A program made the translations under genes and the position numbers. Positions 33,764-42,633 of a stretch of DNA of 44,364 bases are shown in pieces. Numbering within the stretch: the stretch's first letter is position 1; each line of letters opens with the position of its first letter. A model generated the notes under the pieces. The model saw only the letters and a list, made by a program, of their open reading frames with translations. It did no database searches and was not told the origin of the DNA. Origin of the DNA: a virus; IMG/VR virus record IMGVR_UViG_3300024268_000128, one strand, 5' to 3'.

Positions 33764-35092
33764 ATGGACAATTACAAGCTGCAACATATGGATATTGACC
33801 TATCCAAGCCGATTTGCAGAAAAAACGTTGGTTTGGTGATGGGTTCCGGGGATGAGAAAGCCAACACATTTTCAGTAGGCGTAAAAAAAGATGGGAAAGA
33901 AGTCACGCTGACTGGCTGTACGGTTGTTGGCTATCTGATTATGCCCAATGATGAAACGATCAGAATTGCTGGAAAGGTAGAGGACAACCAAGCCAGCGTG
34001 ATTGTACCAAAAAGTGGCTATGTGTATGACGGTGCGTTTACACTTACTATCAAAACAGCCGTAAGCACACAGGAAAACACGCTGGCTATTTTTGACGGTG
34101 AGATTGGGCGCACAACCTCCGGGAACATCGTTGACGGCAACAGGGTTGTCTATGGCGTTACCGACATCATGAATATGATTGACAGCATGGATCAGGCCGA
34201 AAAGGACGCAAAAGCGGCGGCTACCAGTGCAAACACTGCTGCTGCATCTGCCAATAGCGCAGCCAGCAAGGCCAACACAGCGTCAAGCAATGCCAATACA
34301 GCCACTGCGGCAGCGAACAATGCAGCGCAGGAAGCAACCACGGCAGCAGGGAATGCCGACAATGCAACAAGTGCGGCAAACGATGCAGCCCAAACGGCTA
34401 ATGATGCAGCGGGACGGGCTGAAGTGGTTGCTTCCAAATCCCCATACATAGGCGATAACGGAAACTGGTATGTGTACGATGTGGATGCTGGCGAATATGT
34501 AGACAGCGGGAGACCATCCCGTGGTGCTACAGGTGCTGTGGACGGCCTTGATTATTTCGCAAGCAGTCCGTCAGCCCTTGGCACTGCAAACCCCGGCGCA
34601 GCGAATGGCGTTGCCCGTGGTGACCATGTGCATCCTATGCCGACAGCAGATGATGTGGGTGCATTGGCAAACGCTGATTTGCTCGACAAGCTGTACCCGG
34701 TTGGGATTATCGTGCCGTTTGCAAACACAGTAGAACCGGCAGCGGTTTGGGGCGGCACATGGGAGCTGCTGGAGGAGGGACGGACGGTCATCCAATCCGG
34801 CTCGACTTATGCGCTGGGGAGCACGGGCGGCGAAGCAGCGGTGCAACTTGAAGTAAGCCAAATGCCTGAGCACAGTCATGACCTTGAGTACAGCTTGGAC
34901 GGCGGCGCAACCTACACGGCAATGAATTTGGGCAAAGATGGAACAGTAACCTCAGATAAATATGGCGGCTTAAGCAACTCCGTAACATCATTCTCGCAAT
35001 ATAAGGTGCGTGTCACTTATGAAGGCAACGGCGAACCTCACAATAACCTGCCGCCTTATTTGGCGGTAAACATCTGGCAGCGCACGGCGTAA
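33764..35092 (+). CDS. Tail fibre / receptor-binding protein (BppU-N-like domain, Ala-rich coiled coil, phage tail collar domain)
   Basis: 442 aa from the ATG at 33764. Has an N-terminal Ig-like segment, the repeats SANTAAASANSAASKANTASSNANTA, and a C-terminal collar motif QMPEHSHDL...GEPHNNLPPYLAVNIW. Confidence 0.75.
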   Translation: MDNYKLQHMDIDLSKPICRKNVGLVMGSGDEKANTFSVGVKKDGKEVTLTGCTVVGYLIMPNDETIRIAGKVEDNQASVIVPKSGYVYDGAFTLTIKTAVSTQENTLAIFDGEIGRTTSGNIVDGNRVVYGVTDIMNMIDSMDQAEKDAKAAATSANTAAASANSAASKANTASSNANTATAAANNAAQEATTAAGNADNATSAANDAAQTANDAAGRAEVVASKSPYIGDNGNWYVYDVDAGEYVDSGRPSRGATGAVDGLDYFASSPSALGTANPGAANGVARGDHVHPMPTADDVGALANADLLDKLYPVGIIVPFANTVEPAAVWGGTWELLEEGRTVIQSGSTYALGSTGGEAAVQLEVSQMPEHSHDLEYSLDGGATYTAMNLGKDGTVTSDKYGGLSNSVTSFSQYKVRVTYEGNGEPHNNLPPYLAVNIWQRTA

Positions 35093-35103
35093 GGAGGGAA
35101 GAG

Positions 35104-35466
35104 ATGGAAGTTTACGATATTAACGGAAATCGTATTAATGAGTACGATTTGTCATTGGGCAAGCTTGTGCCTTCGACACGGGTTGAACATCATGCAGCAG
35201 TTGCACCCGTTGAAGAGGTTAGCCGCTGGGAGGAAAAACATCATCCCAATGGCGGCATTTCCCGTCGCAAGATCATTGAGCAGCAAGCCATTCCGGGCGT
35301 GGATGCGTGGGATGAGGAAATAACGATTTACACATACACTCCATACACCACGGAAGAACTTGAAGAAATCGAGAATGAAAAAAACAAACCCACTACTGAG
35401 CAACGATTGCTGATGCTAGAAGAAACCATCGAAATGCTCCTTTTGGGGGTGACCTCCGATGAGTAA
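35104..35466 (+). CDS. Hypothetical protein (fibre-associated, XkdW-like position)
   Basis: 120 aa with AAGGAGGG SD, directly after the fibre gene. Confidence 0.55.
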   Translation: MEVYDINGNRINEYDLSLGKLVPSTRVEHHAAVAPVEEVSRWEEKHHPNGGISRRKIIEQQAIPGVDAWDEEITIYTYTPYTTEELEEIENEKNKPTTEQRLLMLEETIEMLLLGVTSDE

Positions 35467-35653
35467 AAAGTGGGCAAATGTGCCGGAGGAAAAGAGAAAG
35501 CAGATATTTGCCTACAATGCGGCAAATGCCAAGAGCGCAGAAGCGGCAGCGGATTTTGCTAAATTTCTTTCGATTCTCCCGTCCGGACAGAGGAAGCAAA
35601 TCCAAAAGGATGCAGAATGTGCGGTCATCCTTGCAAAGTATGGTTTTGAGTAA
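35459..35653 (+). CDS. Hypothetical small protein
   Basis: 64 aa, overlapping the previous stop. Confidence 0.5.
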   Translation: MSKKWANVPEEKRKQIFAYNAANAKSAEAAADFAKFLSILPSGQRKQIQKDAECAVILAKYGFE

Positions 35654-35669
35654 GAGGGGGTGAAACAAA

Positions 35670-37130
35670 TTGCTTTCGGTTGATGAGATCAAGCGTTTTA
35701 TTGAAAATGACCTGTCAAGCGAAAAGAAACGGTATGCCAAAACCGCTGTCAGGTATTATGAAGCAGAACATGACATCAAGGACTATCGGATGTTCTATGT
35801 TGATGCAAACGGCAACGTAAAGGAAGACAAGTACCGTAGTAACATTCGCATTTCCCATCCGTTCTTTACAGAGATTGTGGATCAGCTTGTACAGTATGAG
35901 CTTTCGAGCGAAGAGGGCTTCCTGCATTCGGATATTCCAGAGCTACAGCAAGAACTGGACGCTTACTTCAATGAGAACGAAGAGTTCCGGGCTGAGTTTG
36001 AAGAAATGGTAACGGGTGCTATCATCAAGGGAACCGATACCATGTACGCATACAAGAACAAGGAAGGCAAGACGGCTTTCCAGTATGCAGACAGCCTTGG
36101 CGTTGTTGAGGTAAACGAAAATGAAGCGGCTGATAACTGCAAATATTTGATTTTCTGGTATGTTGATAGGGTTGGCAAGGACAACAAGAAAATCAAGCGC
36201 ATACAGGTTTGGGATGAATCCCAGACCTATTTTTATTGCCAAGTTGACAACGATGAAATCGTGCCTGACAGCACCCAAGAAACCAATCCAAGGCCGCACA
36301 TCATCTATCAAAAAGACGGTGATGATTGCATTTATTATGACGGCTTTGGCTTCATTCCCTTCTTCCGTATGGACTACAACAGGAAGCAGATCAGCGCATT
36401 GAAGCCCATTAAGGACATCATTGACAGCTATGACCTGATGAACGCCGGACTTGCCAACAACATTCAAGATACCAATGAAGCCCTTTACGTTGTAAAAGGC
36501 TTTGAGGGTGACAACCTTGACGAACTGATGATGAACATTAAAACTAAGCGGCATATCGGAACCGCTGAGGGTGGCGATGTTGAAATCAGAACGCTTGATA
36601 TTCCGTATGAAGCCCGTAAGACCAAGATGGAGATTGACGAAAAGAACATCTTTAGAATGGGTATGGCTGTCAATACGGAGGGGTTGAAGGATACCAACGC
36701 AACAGTCAGCGTTGCCATTAAAAGCGCATATACGCTGCTGGAAATGAAGGCAAACAAGCTGGAAACCCAAATCAAGCTGTTCATTCGGCGGCTTTTGAAG
36801 ATTGTTCTGGATGAGATCAACGAAGCCAACGGCACTGATTATCAACAAAAGGATGTGTATTTCAAATTTGAACGGCAGATTCCCACGAACGCCCTTGAGA
36901 ATGCACAGATTGAACTGACCGAAGCCCAGAAGCGGCAGACGGAAATCAATACCCTGCTGAACATCCAAGGCCAGCTTGACAATGAAACGCTGATGCAGCT
37001 TATCTGTGAACAGCTTGACATTGATTATGATGACATCAAGGACAAGCTGCCAGACCCAGAAGCAGATGAACTGGCACAGGTGGAAGCAGCATTGCAAAGC
37101 GCACCCGTTGAAGGTGATGTAATTGAATAA
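35670..37130 (+). CDS. Portal protein (SPP1 gp6-like)
   Basis: 486 aa with TTG start and GAGGGGGTG SD. The size, acidic C-terminus and position before the MuF-like gene fit a portal protein. Confidence 0.8.
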   Translation: MLSVDEIKRFIENDLSSEKKRYAKTAVRYYEAEHDIKDYRMFYVDANGNVKEDKYRSNIRISHPFFTEIVDQLVQYELSSEEGFLHSDIPELQQELDAYFNENEEFRAEFEEMVTGAIIKGTDTMYAYKNKEGKTAFQYADSLGVVEVNENEAADNCKYLIFWYVDRVGKDNKKIKRIQVWDESQTYFYCQVDNDEIVPDSTQETNPRPHIIYQKDGDDCIYYDGFGFIPFFRMDYNRKQISALKPIKDIIDSYDLMNAGLANNIQDTNEALYVVKGFEGDNLDELMMNIKTKRHIGTAEGGDVEIRTLDIPYEARKTKMEIDEKNIFRMGMAVNTEGLKDTNATVSVAIKSAYTLLEMKANKLETQIKLFIRRLLKIVLDEINEANGTDYQQKDVYFKFERQIPTNALENAQIELTEAQKRQTEINTLLNIQGQLDNETLMQLICEQLDIDYDDIKDKLPDPEADELAQVEAALQSAPVEGDVIE

Positions 37131-38574
37131 GGCAGAAAAGGCCGTAGAACAGGTCAAATTGGACAGGGAACGGGCTGTGCTGGATGCACTGACTGAACAC
37201 TTTGAATACGCATTAAAGGGCATTAACGAGCGTTTGCAGGTGCTTCAATCCATGCCCGAAACACAGTCCACGGTATACCGTATTGACTACCAGAAGGTAA
37301 TACAGAAGCAGGTATCTGCCATTGTGGAAAACCTTCATGCCAACGTGTATCAGACCATCGACCAATACAGGCACGATGCATATACAACGGGCTTTGTTGG
37401 CACGATGTATGACCTTCATTCCCAGTCCATGCCCATTATCATTCCCATCAACCGGGATGCTGTTCTAAAGGCCGTACAGCACGATACAAAGCTGACATCT
37501 CCCCTGTATGATGCGCTTGGCATTGATACAAAGAAGATGTCAAAGCAGGTCAGCAAGGAGCTTTCAAGAGGGCTTGCATCTGGCCTGACCTATGATGACA
37601 TTGCCCGGAACATCCGCAATACTACCAAAGCCCCACTTGCAAGGGCAAAGGTCATTGCCAGAACGGAAGGCCATAGAATCCATGAGCAATCCTCACAGGA
37701 TGCGGCTGTGGCAGCAAAGGAACAGGGAGCAGACCTTGTAAAGCAGTGGGACGCTACCCTTGACGGCGATACCAGACCCAACCACAGAATGCTTGATGGT
37801 CAAATCCGGGAACTGGATGAACCGTTTGAAGTGGGCGGGTATAGGCCGATGCATCCGGGGGATTTTGGCACGGCTGGTGAGGACTGCAACTGCCGTTGTC
37901 TAAGCCTTAAACGGGCAAGGTGGGAACTGGATGAGGATGAGCTTGCAGAACTGAAAAAGAGGGCTGAGTTTTTCGGGCTGGATAAGTCGGATCAGTTTGA
38001 AGAGTTTGAAAGGAAGTACCTGAAAGCGGCTGAAGAAGAGGGCGGGAAACCTGTCAAACAGACGGCTCCCAAGCCAAAAACCGCCGCCCCAAAATCGCCC
38101 AAAACCATTGATAATTCTGGAAAAAGTGGTATAATACATATGGGTCGATTTAATACAGTTGATGATCCAATGCGTGAAGTAACTGGTGCTGGTATCGAAT
38201 CCAATCCTGAAGAAATACAAGAAATTCTGAAAGAATTGGAAGCTTCCGGGGTTGATGTTCTGTATCGTTCGGATGATATGGCATATTCGCCGGGGCTTCG
38301 TCCGGGCAAACCGGGTCAGTTCATAATCAGCAAAGCAGCAAGCTATAGCGCATGGGTACATGAATACACGCATTTTAGTGATGATAGGGATGATGGCTTC
38401 CCCGGAATGCGAATATTCATGGATGCCGAAAAATGCAAGCAGCGTGAAATTCATGCATACGATGCCGAAATTGATTTGGCAACGAAAGCTGGCAGGCAGG
38501 ATATTGTTGAACGGCTCGAATCTTTGAAGGCGAAAGAGGTGAGCAAGTATGACGAAGGCACAGATGAGGATTGA
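37123..38574 (+). CDS. MuF / SPP1 gp7-like minor head protein with C-terminal HExxH (zincin-like) domain
   Basis: 483 aa. MuF core ARTEGHRIHEQ...TRPNHRMLDGQ...CNCRC, then a Pro/Lys linker, then a domain of about 150 aa containing WVHEYTHF (HExxH). Confidence 0.8.
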   Translation: MNKAEKAVEQVKLDRERAVLDALTEHFEYALKGINERLQVLQSMPETQSTVYRIDYQKVIQKQVSAIVENLHANVYQTIDQYRHDAYTTGFVGTMYDLHSQSMPIIIPINRDAVLKAVQHDTKLTSPLYDALGIDTKKMSKQVSKELSRGLASGLTYDDIARNIRNTTKAPLARAKVIARTEGHRIHEQSSQDAAVAAKEQGADLVKQWDATLDGDTRPNHRMLDGQIRELDEPFEVGGYRPMHPGDFGTAGEDCNCRCLSLKRARWELDEDELAELKKRAEFFGLDKSDQFEEFERKYLKAAEEEGGKPVKQTAPKPKTAAPKSPKTIDNSGKSGIIHMGRFNTVDDPMREVTGAGIESNPEEIQEILKELEASGVDVLYRSDDMAYSPGLRPGKPGQFIISKAASYSAWVHEYTHFSDDRDDGFPGMRIFMDAEKCKQREIHAYDAEIDLATKAGRQDIVERLESLKAKEVSKYDEGTDED

Positions 38575-38851
38575 TGACATGCACAAAGGCAATGTAGATG
38601 CCATTGTGAGTGGTATTTCTTCGCCTGTTCCGATTGTTGTTCTGAATGCCATTTTAGCAGGGACGCAACACCACTTGCTTAATGCAGCTTTCGTTGAAGG
38701 GGTAAAACGAGCCAGCGAAAGCGATGAAACGCTTCTGGGCGTTCCTCTAAAGTCTTTTGCGGCTGCTTCTCTCCATCTACTTGGTGAGAAGAAATACAGC
38801 GGAAAAGATAGTGCTATATTAACAATGATTGATAGCAAACTCAAAATGTAA
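38549..38851 (+). CDS. Hypothetical protein overlapping the MuF 3' end (candidate immunity or partner protein)
   Basis: 100 aa with AGAGGTG SD 7 nt upstream. Overlaps the MuF gene by 26 nt and is followed by a terminator. Confidence 0.55.
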   Translation: MTKAQMRIDDMHKGNVDAIVSGISSPVPIVVLNAILAGTQHHLLNAAFVEGVKRASESDETLLGVPLKSFAAASLHLLGEKKYSGKDSAILTMIDSKLKM

Positions 38852-38881
38852 AGCACCCTGCATCTGCATGGTGCTTTTTTG
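38851..38881. terminator. Bidirectional intrinsic terminator
   Basis: AAGCACC ctgcatctgcat GGTGCTT, followed by TTTTTT. Confidence 0.7.
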
Positions 38882-38934
38882 ATGGAATTGCCCTGCCAAG
38901 GTGGAGCTTGACAGGGCTGAACATTTTTCGTTAA

Positions 38935-39396
38935 TTACGGAGGTAACAGGGATTGAAACCATTTAAGAAAAGACCGCCCAAGCCGAACAGCATTCCCTAC
39001 TATATCGAACAAGTGGTCAGCTACAATTCCAAGAACAAAGCCAGCGGTAACGTTGAATATGTTTATCCTCCAATCGTGACGGAAATGCTTTTGAGTATTC
39101 TCATCAGCATACGCTCTATCAGAAGCACGTTCAGCGTCCTTTCGGGCTTCTTCCTGTTTCTGTTGCTCAAGCTCATCTTTACGGCGTAGGGCTTCGTCAT
39201 GATAGGCATAGATGCCGTTTTGCATCACTCTGGCGAACGGAACAAAAGAATTGAGCCATAGGTAATCATTTTGATAAAGCCATATGGCTGCGGATGTGTA
39301 AGAGCCGCTTTCGTCTTTGATGATAGCAGCATCGAACTTGCCCGAACCGTATTGCTCAATTAGGCTTTCAAGCAGCTTAAAAGCATCGTTTGGCAC
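38935..39396 (-). CDS. Membrane-anchored coiled-coil protein of unknown function (reverse-strand moron)
   Basis: 153 aa from the GTG at 39396 (AAGGAGGTGAGAATGTG). Has an N-terminal globular part, a charged coiled coil (RRKDELEQQKQEEARKDAERA) and a C-terminal TM helix (INIFNVTAGFVLGIVADHLF). Confidence 0.65.
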   Translation of the reverse strand: MPNDAFKLLESLIEQYGSGKFDAAIIKDESGSYTSAAIWLYQNDYLWLNSFVPFARVMQNGIYAYHDEALRRKDELEQQKQEEARKDAERASDRAYADENTQKHFRHDWRINIFNVTAGFVLGIVADHLFDIVGNAVRLGRSFLKWFQSLLPP

Positions 39397-39420
39397 ATTC
39401 TCACCTCCTTTCCCGGCAAC

Positions 39421-39449
39421 ATTATAGCACAGGGAAGGAAGGGTTATAT
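39421..39449 (-). promoter_or_regulatory. Candidate promoter (extended -10 TGCTATAAT) for the reverse-strand gene
   Basis: The minus strand reads TGCTATAAT about 25 nt upstream of the SD. The -35 is weak. Confidence 0.4.
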
Positions 39450-39519
39450 GCCTTGAAAGGGGTGTTGCCGTTGCAGCGGTAACATAAGACAAAACACAAC
39501 AACATAACAAGAAACATAA

Positions 39520-39556
39520 AAGCAACTATTCTATTTTTTCGATAAGTTGCTTTTTT
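39520..39556. terminator. Hairpin with flanking A/T runs (bidirectional terminator-like)
   Basis: AAGCAACT, 17-nt loop, AGTTGCTT, then TTTT. An A-rich run lies upstream. Confidence 0.45.
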
Positions 39557-39585
39557 AATGCCCAAAAACGAAAGGAGAATGAAAC

Positions 39586-39849
39586 ATGATTGACTGGAAG
39601 ACCAAGCTGACCTCCCGTAAGCTGTGGGTGGCTGTATCTGAATTTGTTGGTATGCTGCTTGTGGCTTTTGGCCTTGCAGAGGATACTGTAACGCAGATCG
39701 TTGCGCTGATTATGGCTGGTGCTGGTGCGCTGGCTTATATCATCGCAGAAGGCCTTGTGGATGCGAAGGCTGCTGCTGTGGAACCCATCATCCTGCCGGA
39801 TGAAGTAGTACACGAAGCCACTGAAGGCGATGATCCTGATGACATCTAA
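39586..39849 (+). CDS. Holin
   Basis: 87 aa with AAAGGAG SD. Two hydrophobic helices (LWVAVSEFVGMLLVAFGL, IVALIMAGAGALAYIIA) and an acidic C-terminus. Lies directly upstream of the endolysin and overlaps it. Confidence 0.75.
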   Translation: MIDWKTKLTSRKLWVAVSEFVGMLLVAFGLAEDTVTQIVALIMAGAGALAYIIAEGLVDAKAAAVEPIILPDEVVHEATEGDDPDDI

Positions 39850-40654
39850 AGGAAAGGCCATTGCTGATTATGCGATAAGCAAAATCGGCTGCGCTTATAT
39901 CTACGGAGGGTATGGCGAAAAGCTATGTACACCTGCTTTCCGAAAGGAACGTGCAGGAGCCTATCCAGACCAAAGAAAGAACATCTACATTAACTGCCCT
40001 GTGCTGAGTGGCAAACAAAGCACCTGTAACGGGTGCAAATGGCATAACAAACAGGCTTATGACTGCGCCCAGCTTACCCGTTATGCATGCAAGGCAGGCG
40101 GTCAGGCTTTGGTGTCTGGTGCTAACAGCCAATGGAAGAAGACGGCATGGGATCAAAAGGGGACAATCGGCAGCTTGCCGGATGTCCCCGGCGTGATCCT
40201 GTACCACATAAACACCAAGGGAGTTATGAGCCATACGGGGGTTTATGTTGGTGGCGGCTGGGCTGTGGAAGCAAGGGCGGCGAGGTATGGTGTTGTTAAA
40301 ACACTTGTTAAAGACCGCACATGGACGCATTGGGCGGCACTTCCCGGCGTTTTGACGGGCGAAGCGGTGAATACCTCCACTCCATCAAAAGAGACGCAGA
40401 AAAACCCGTCTGAAGCCCAGAAAAAGGCAACTGTTACGGGGGTGATTACAATGACCACCTTACGACAAGGAAGCAAGGGAACACAGGTCAAGGTGCTGCA
40501 ATGGCTGCTCAATCAGAACGGCTATAACGCTGGCACGGTTGACGGCATTTTCGGTAGCAATACGCTTAAAGCACTGAAGGAATACCAGAAGGCAAAGGGG
40601 CTTGAAGTGGATGGCGTTGCCGGGAAAAACACATGGACAAAGATTCTTGCTTAA
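39839..40654 (+). CDS. Endolysin: NlpC/P60 endopeptidase plus PG_binding_1 domain
   Basis: Has the DCAQLTRYACK (Cys) and HTGVYVGGGWAVEA (His) motifs, and a C-terminal GSKGTQVKVLQWLLNQNGY...DGIFGSNTLKALKEYQ. An alternative start lies at 39830. Confidence 0.85.
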   Translation: MTSKGKAIADYAISKIGCAYIYGGYGEKLCTPAFRKERAGAYPDQRKNIYINCPVLSGKQSTCNGCKWHNKQAYDCAQLTRYACKAGGQALVSGANSQWKKTAWDQKGTIGSLPDVPGVILYHINTKGVMSHTGVYVGGGWAVEARAARYGVVKTLVKDRTWTHWAALPGVLTGEAVNTSTPSKETQKNPSEAQKKATVTGVITMTTLRQGSKGTQVKVLQWLLNQNGYNAGTVDGIFGSNTLKALKEYQKAKGLEVDGVAGKNTWTKILA

Positions 40655-40761
40655 AGGCACTTGATTATTCATGTGCTTTTTATATTACATCCGGGGGGAT
40701 GGAAAACACCTATTCCAAGCGTGATGCAACCACGGAAAAAGCGTAGAAAGGAATTGATACC

Positions 40762-41385
40762 ATGACTATTACTGAGATTTTGAAGGCAAAGGGCGTTTCT
40801 GACGAACTGATTCAAGCGATTCAAGCCGATATGAAGGCCAATAGCATTTATACGGCTTCCGAAGAAAACCTTGACATTCGCTACGGCAAGCTGAAAACCC
40901 AGCACGAAAGCACGGCAAAGCAGCTTGAGGAAGCGAACGGTCTGATTGAAACGCTGAAAAAGTCCACCAAAGGCCAAGAGGATGCACAGCAGAAAATCAG
41001 TGCGTATGAACAGCAGGTGAGCCAGTTGCAGGCCGAACTGGAACAAACCAAGCTGGAATCCGCTATCAAGGTTGAATTGCTGGCTGCAAAGGCTATGGAC
41101 GTGGATTATCTGACCTTCAAGCTCAAGGAAAAGGGCGAACTTACCCTTGATGAACAGGGCAAGATCAAAGGCTGGGATGACAAGCTGGCAGGTTTGAAGA
41201 CCCAGTTCCCCACGCAGTTTGAAGCGGAGGGAAAGAAACAGGTAATTGAAAACAAGCTGCCTACCAATGGCGAACACGGCGAAAAGACCGTAACTAAAGA
41301 AGAATTTGCCAAGATGGGCTATGGCAGCAGGGTTGCCCTTCGACAGGAAAACCCGGAACTTTACGACCAAATGATGAAAGGATGA
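40762..41385 (+). CDS. Scaffolding protein (GP20-like)
   Basis: 207 aa, highly helical and charged, immediately upstream of the major capsid gene. Confidence 0.75.
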   Translation: MTITEILKAKGVSDELIQAIQADMKANSIYTASEENLDIRYGKLKTQHESTAKQLEEANGLIETLKKSTKGQEDAQQKISAYEQQVSQLQAELEQTKLESAIKVELLAAKAMDVDYLTFKLKEKGELTLDEQGKIKGWDDKLAGLKTQFPTQFEAEGKKQVIENKLPTNGEHGEKTVTKEEFAKMGYGSRVALRQENPELYDQMMKG

Positions 41386-41392
41386 CTAAACA

Positions 41393-42253
41393 ATGGCAGA
41401 ACTGACTAACGTGACTACTCTGGTAAATGGTGATGTGTTTGATCCTCAGGTTGTTAGCGATATGATTAACGCCAAGGTTCAGAAGAAGGCTGTTATGACT
41501 GGCTATATCAAGGTTGACAACACCTTGAGCGGTGTTCCCGGCTCTACTGTGACTGTTCCCCGTTGGGGCTATATCGGTGAAGCTGTAGACCTTGAGGAAG
41601 GCCAGCCCATTGATACTACTAAGATGGCCTTTACCACTGCCCAGTATGGCATCAAGAAGATTGGTAAGGGCGTTATGCTGACTGACGAAGCCCAGCTTTC
41701 TGGTTATGGCAATCCTATGGGTACTGCTACCAACCAGATTGCTATGTCCATCTCTGAAAAGCTGGATAATGACCGTGTGGCTGTGCTGTATGAATCCAAG
41801 AACATTGTGGATGCTTCCAGTGCTGTTATCAAGTATTCCGCTATCGTGGATGGCGTGGATATGTTCGGTGAGGAAGAGGATAGCCGCAAGGTGATTCTGA
41901 TTCATTCCAAGCAGAAGACCCAGCTTCGCAAGGACACTGAGTTCCTGTCTGCTGACAAGTTCGCCCCCGGCGTGATGATGAACGGCTCCATTGGTCGCAT
42001 TGCTGGCTGTGATGTGGTCGTTTCCAATAAGGTCAAGCTGGAAGACGGCTTCTACCTCAACCCCATCATCAAGCTGAATAACGATGCGGAAACCGAAGAT
42101 GACCTGCCCGCCGTGACTTACTTCCTCAAGCGTGGCAATCTGGTTGAGCATAAGCGTGAAGAGGGCGTGGGTGATAAGGTTATCTGCACTGCCTTTGGTA
42201 TGCCTGCCCTGACCAATGAATCCAAGGTCGTTATTCTCAAGACCAAGGCGTAA
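41393..42253 (+). CDS. Major capsid protein
   Basis: 286 aa following the scaffold gene. The codon usage looks highly expressed, and the size is consistent with an HK97-fold capsid protein. Confidence 0.8.
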   Translation: MAELTNVTTLVNGDVFDPQVVSDMINAKVQKKAVMTGYIKVDNTLSGVPGSTVTVPRWGYIGEAVDLEEGQPIDTTKMAFTTAQYGIKKIGKGVMLTDEAQLSGYGNPMGTATNQIAMSISEKLDNDRVAVLYESKNIVDASSAVIKYSAIVDGVDMFGEEEDSRKVILIHSKQKTQLRKDTEFLSADKFAPGVMMNGSIGRIAGCDVVVSNKVKLEDGFYLNPIIKLNNDAETEDDLPAVTYFLKRGNLVEHKREEGVGDKVICTAFGMPALTNESKVVILKTKA

Positions 42254-42267
42254 GGGGCTGATACCCT

Positions 42268-42633
42268 ATGATCATGACCGTTGAGGAACTGAGAACGTTT
42301 GTAACAACGGATGAAACGGACGCTGTTCTTGCCGTATGGCTTGAAGCGATGGAAAACATGATTCAAGGGTACACCAACAACAACTTCCATCGGTATAGGG
42401 TGGGTGATTCCATCGCCTACCCTGCCGATGTGAAGCTTGGTGTGGTGAACCTTGTTAAATGGGAACTGGGCAACCGTGACAAGGTTGGCATTGCGTCTGA
42501 GAGCCTTTCCCGGCATTCTGTGACCTATGTTGACCAGACGGCGGCAAATACCATTGCTGGCTACCCGGCTGCATTGATGGGCTTCCTGAAGCCGTATATG
42601 AAGGCACGTTTCGGACAGGGGTTGATGGTATGA
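42268..42633 (+). CDS. Head-tail connector protein (gp6/gp15-like)
   Basis: 121 aa. The N-terminus MTVEELRTFVTTDETDAVLAVWLEAMENMI is typical of Phage_connect_1 proteins. Confidence 0.7.
   Translation: MIMTVEELRTFVTTDETDAVLAVWLEAMENMIQGYTNNNFHRYRVGDSIAYPADVKLGVVNLVKWELGNRDKVGIASESLSRHSVTYVDQTAANTIAGYPAALMGFLKPYMKARFGQGLMV

Noticed and set aside
35943-37223. Long antisense ORFs: 426 aa here, and also 19341-20396, 28618-29508, 41294-42151, 37900-38856, 6431-7207, 1672-2388 and 21101-21910
   Set aside because: All lie fully opposite well-supported plus-strand genes. They lack RBSs and have low-complexity or odd composition, so they are shadow ORFs.
39199-39232. ATGATAGGC...GTTTTG on the plus strand, plus GATGATAGG at about 38380 and AATGATAGCG at about 17431, as extra copies of the leader motif
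   Set aside because: All lie inside coding sequence, lack the TGAYCCC/SD hairpin part, and are short enough to occur by chance.
40669-41370. 233-aa minus-strand ORF opposite the scaffold gene
   Set aside because: It is antisense to a well-placed scaffold gene that has an RBS. Its leucine/phenylalanine-rich composition is typical of the reverse frame of a Glu/Lys-rich gene.
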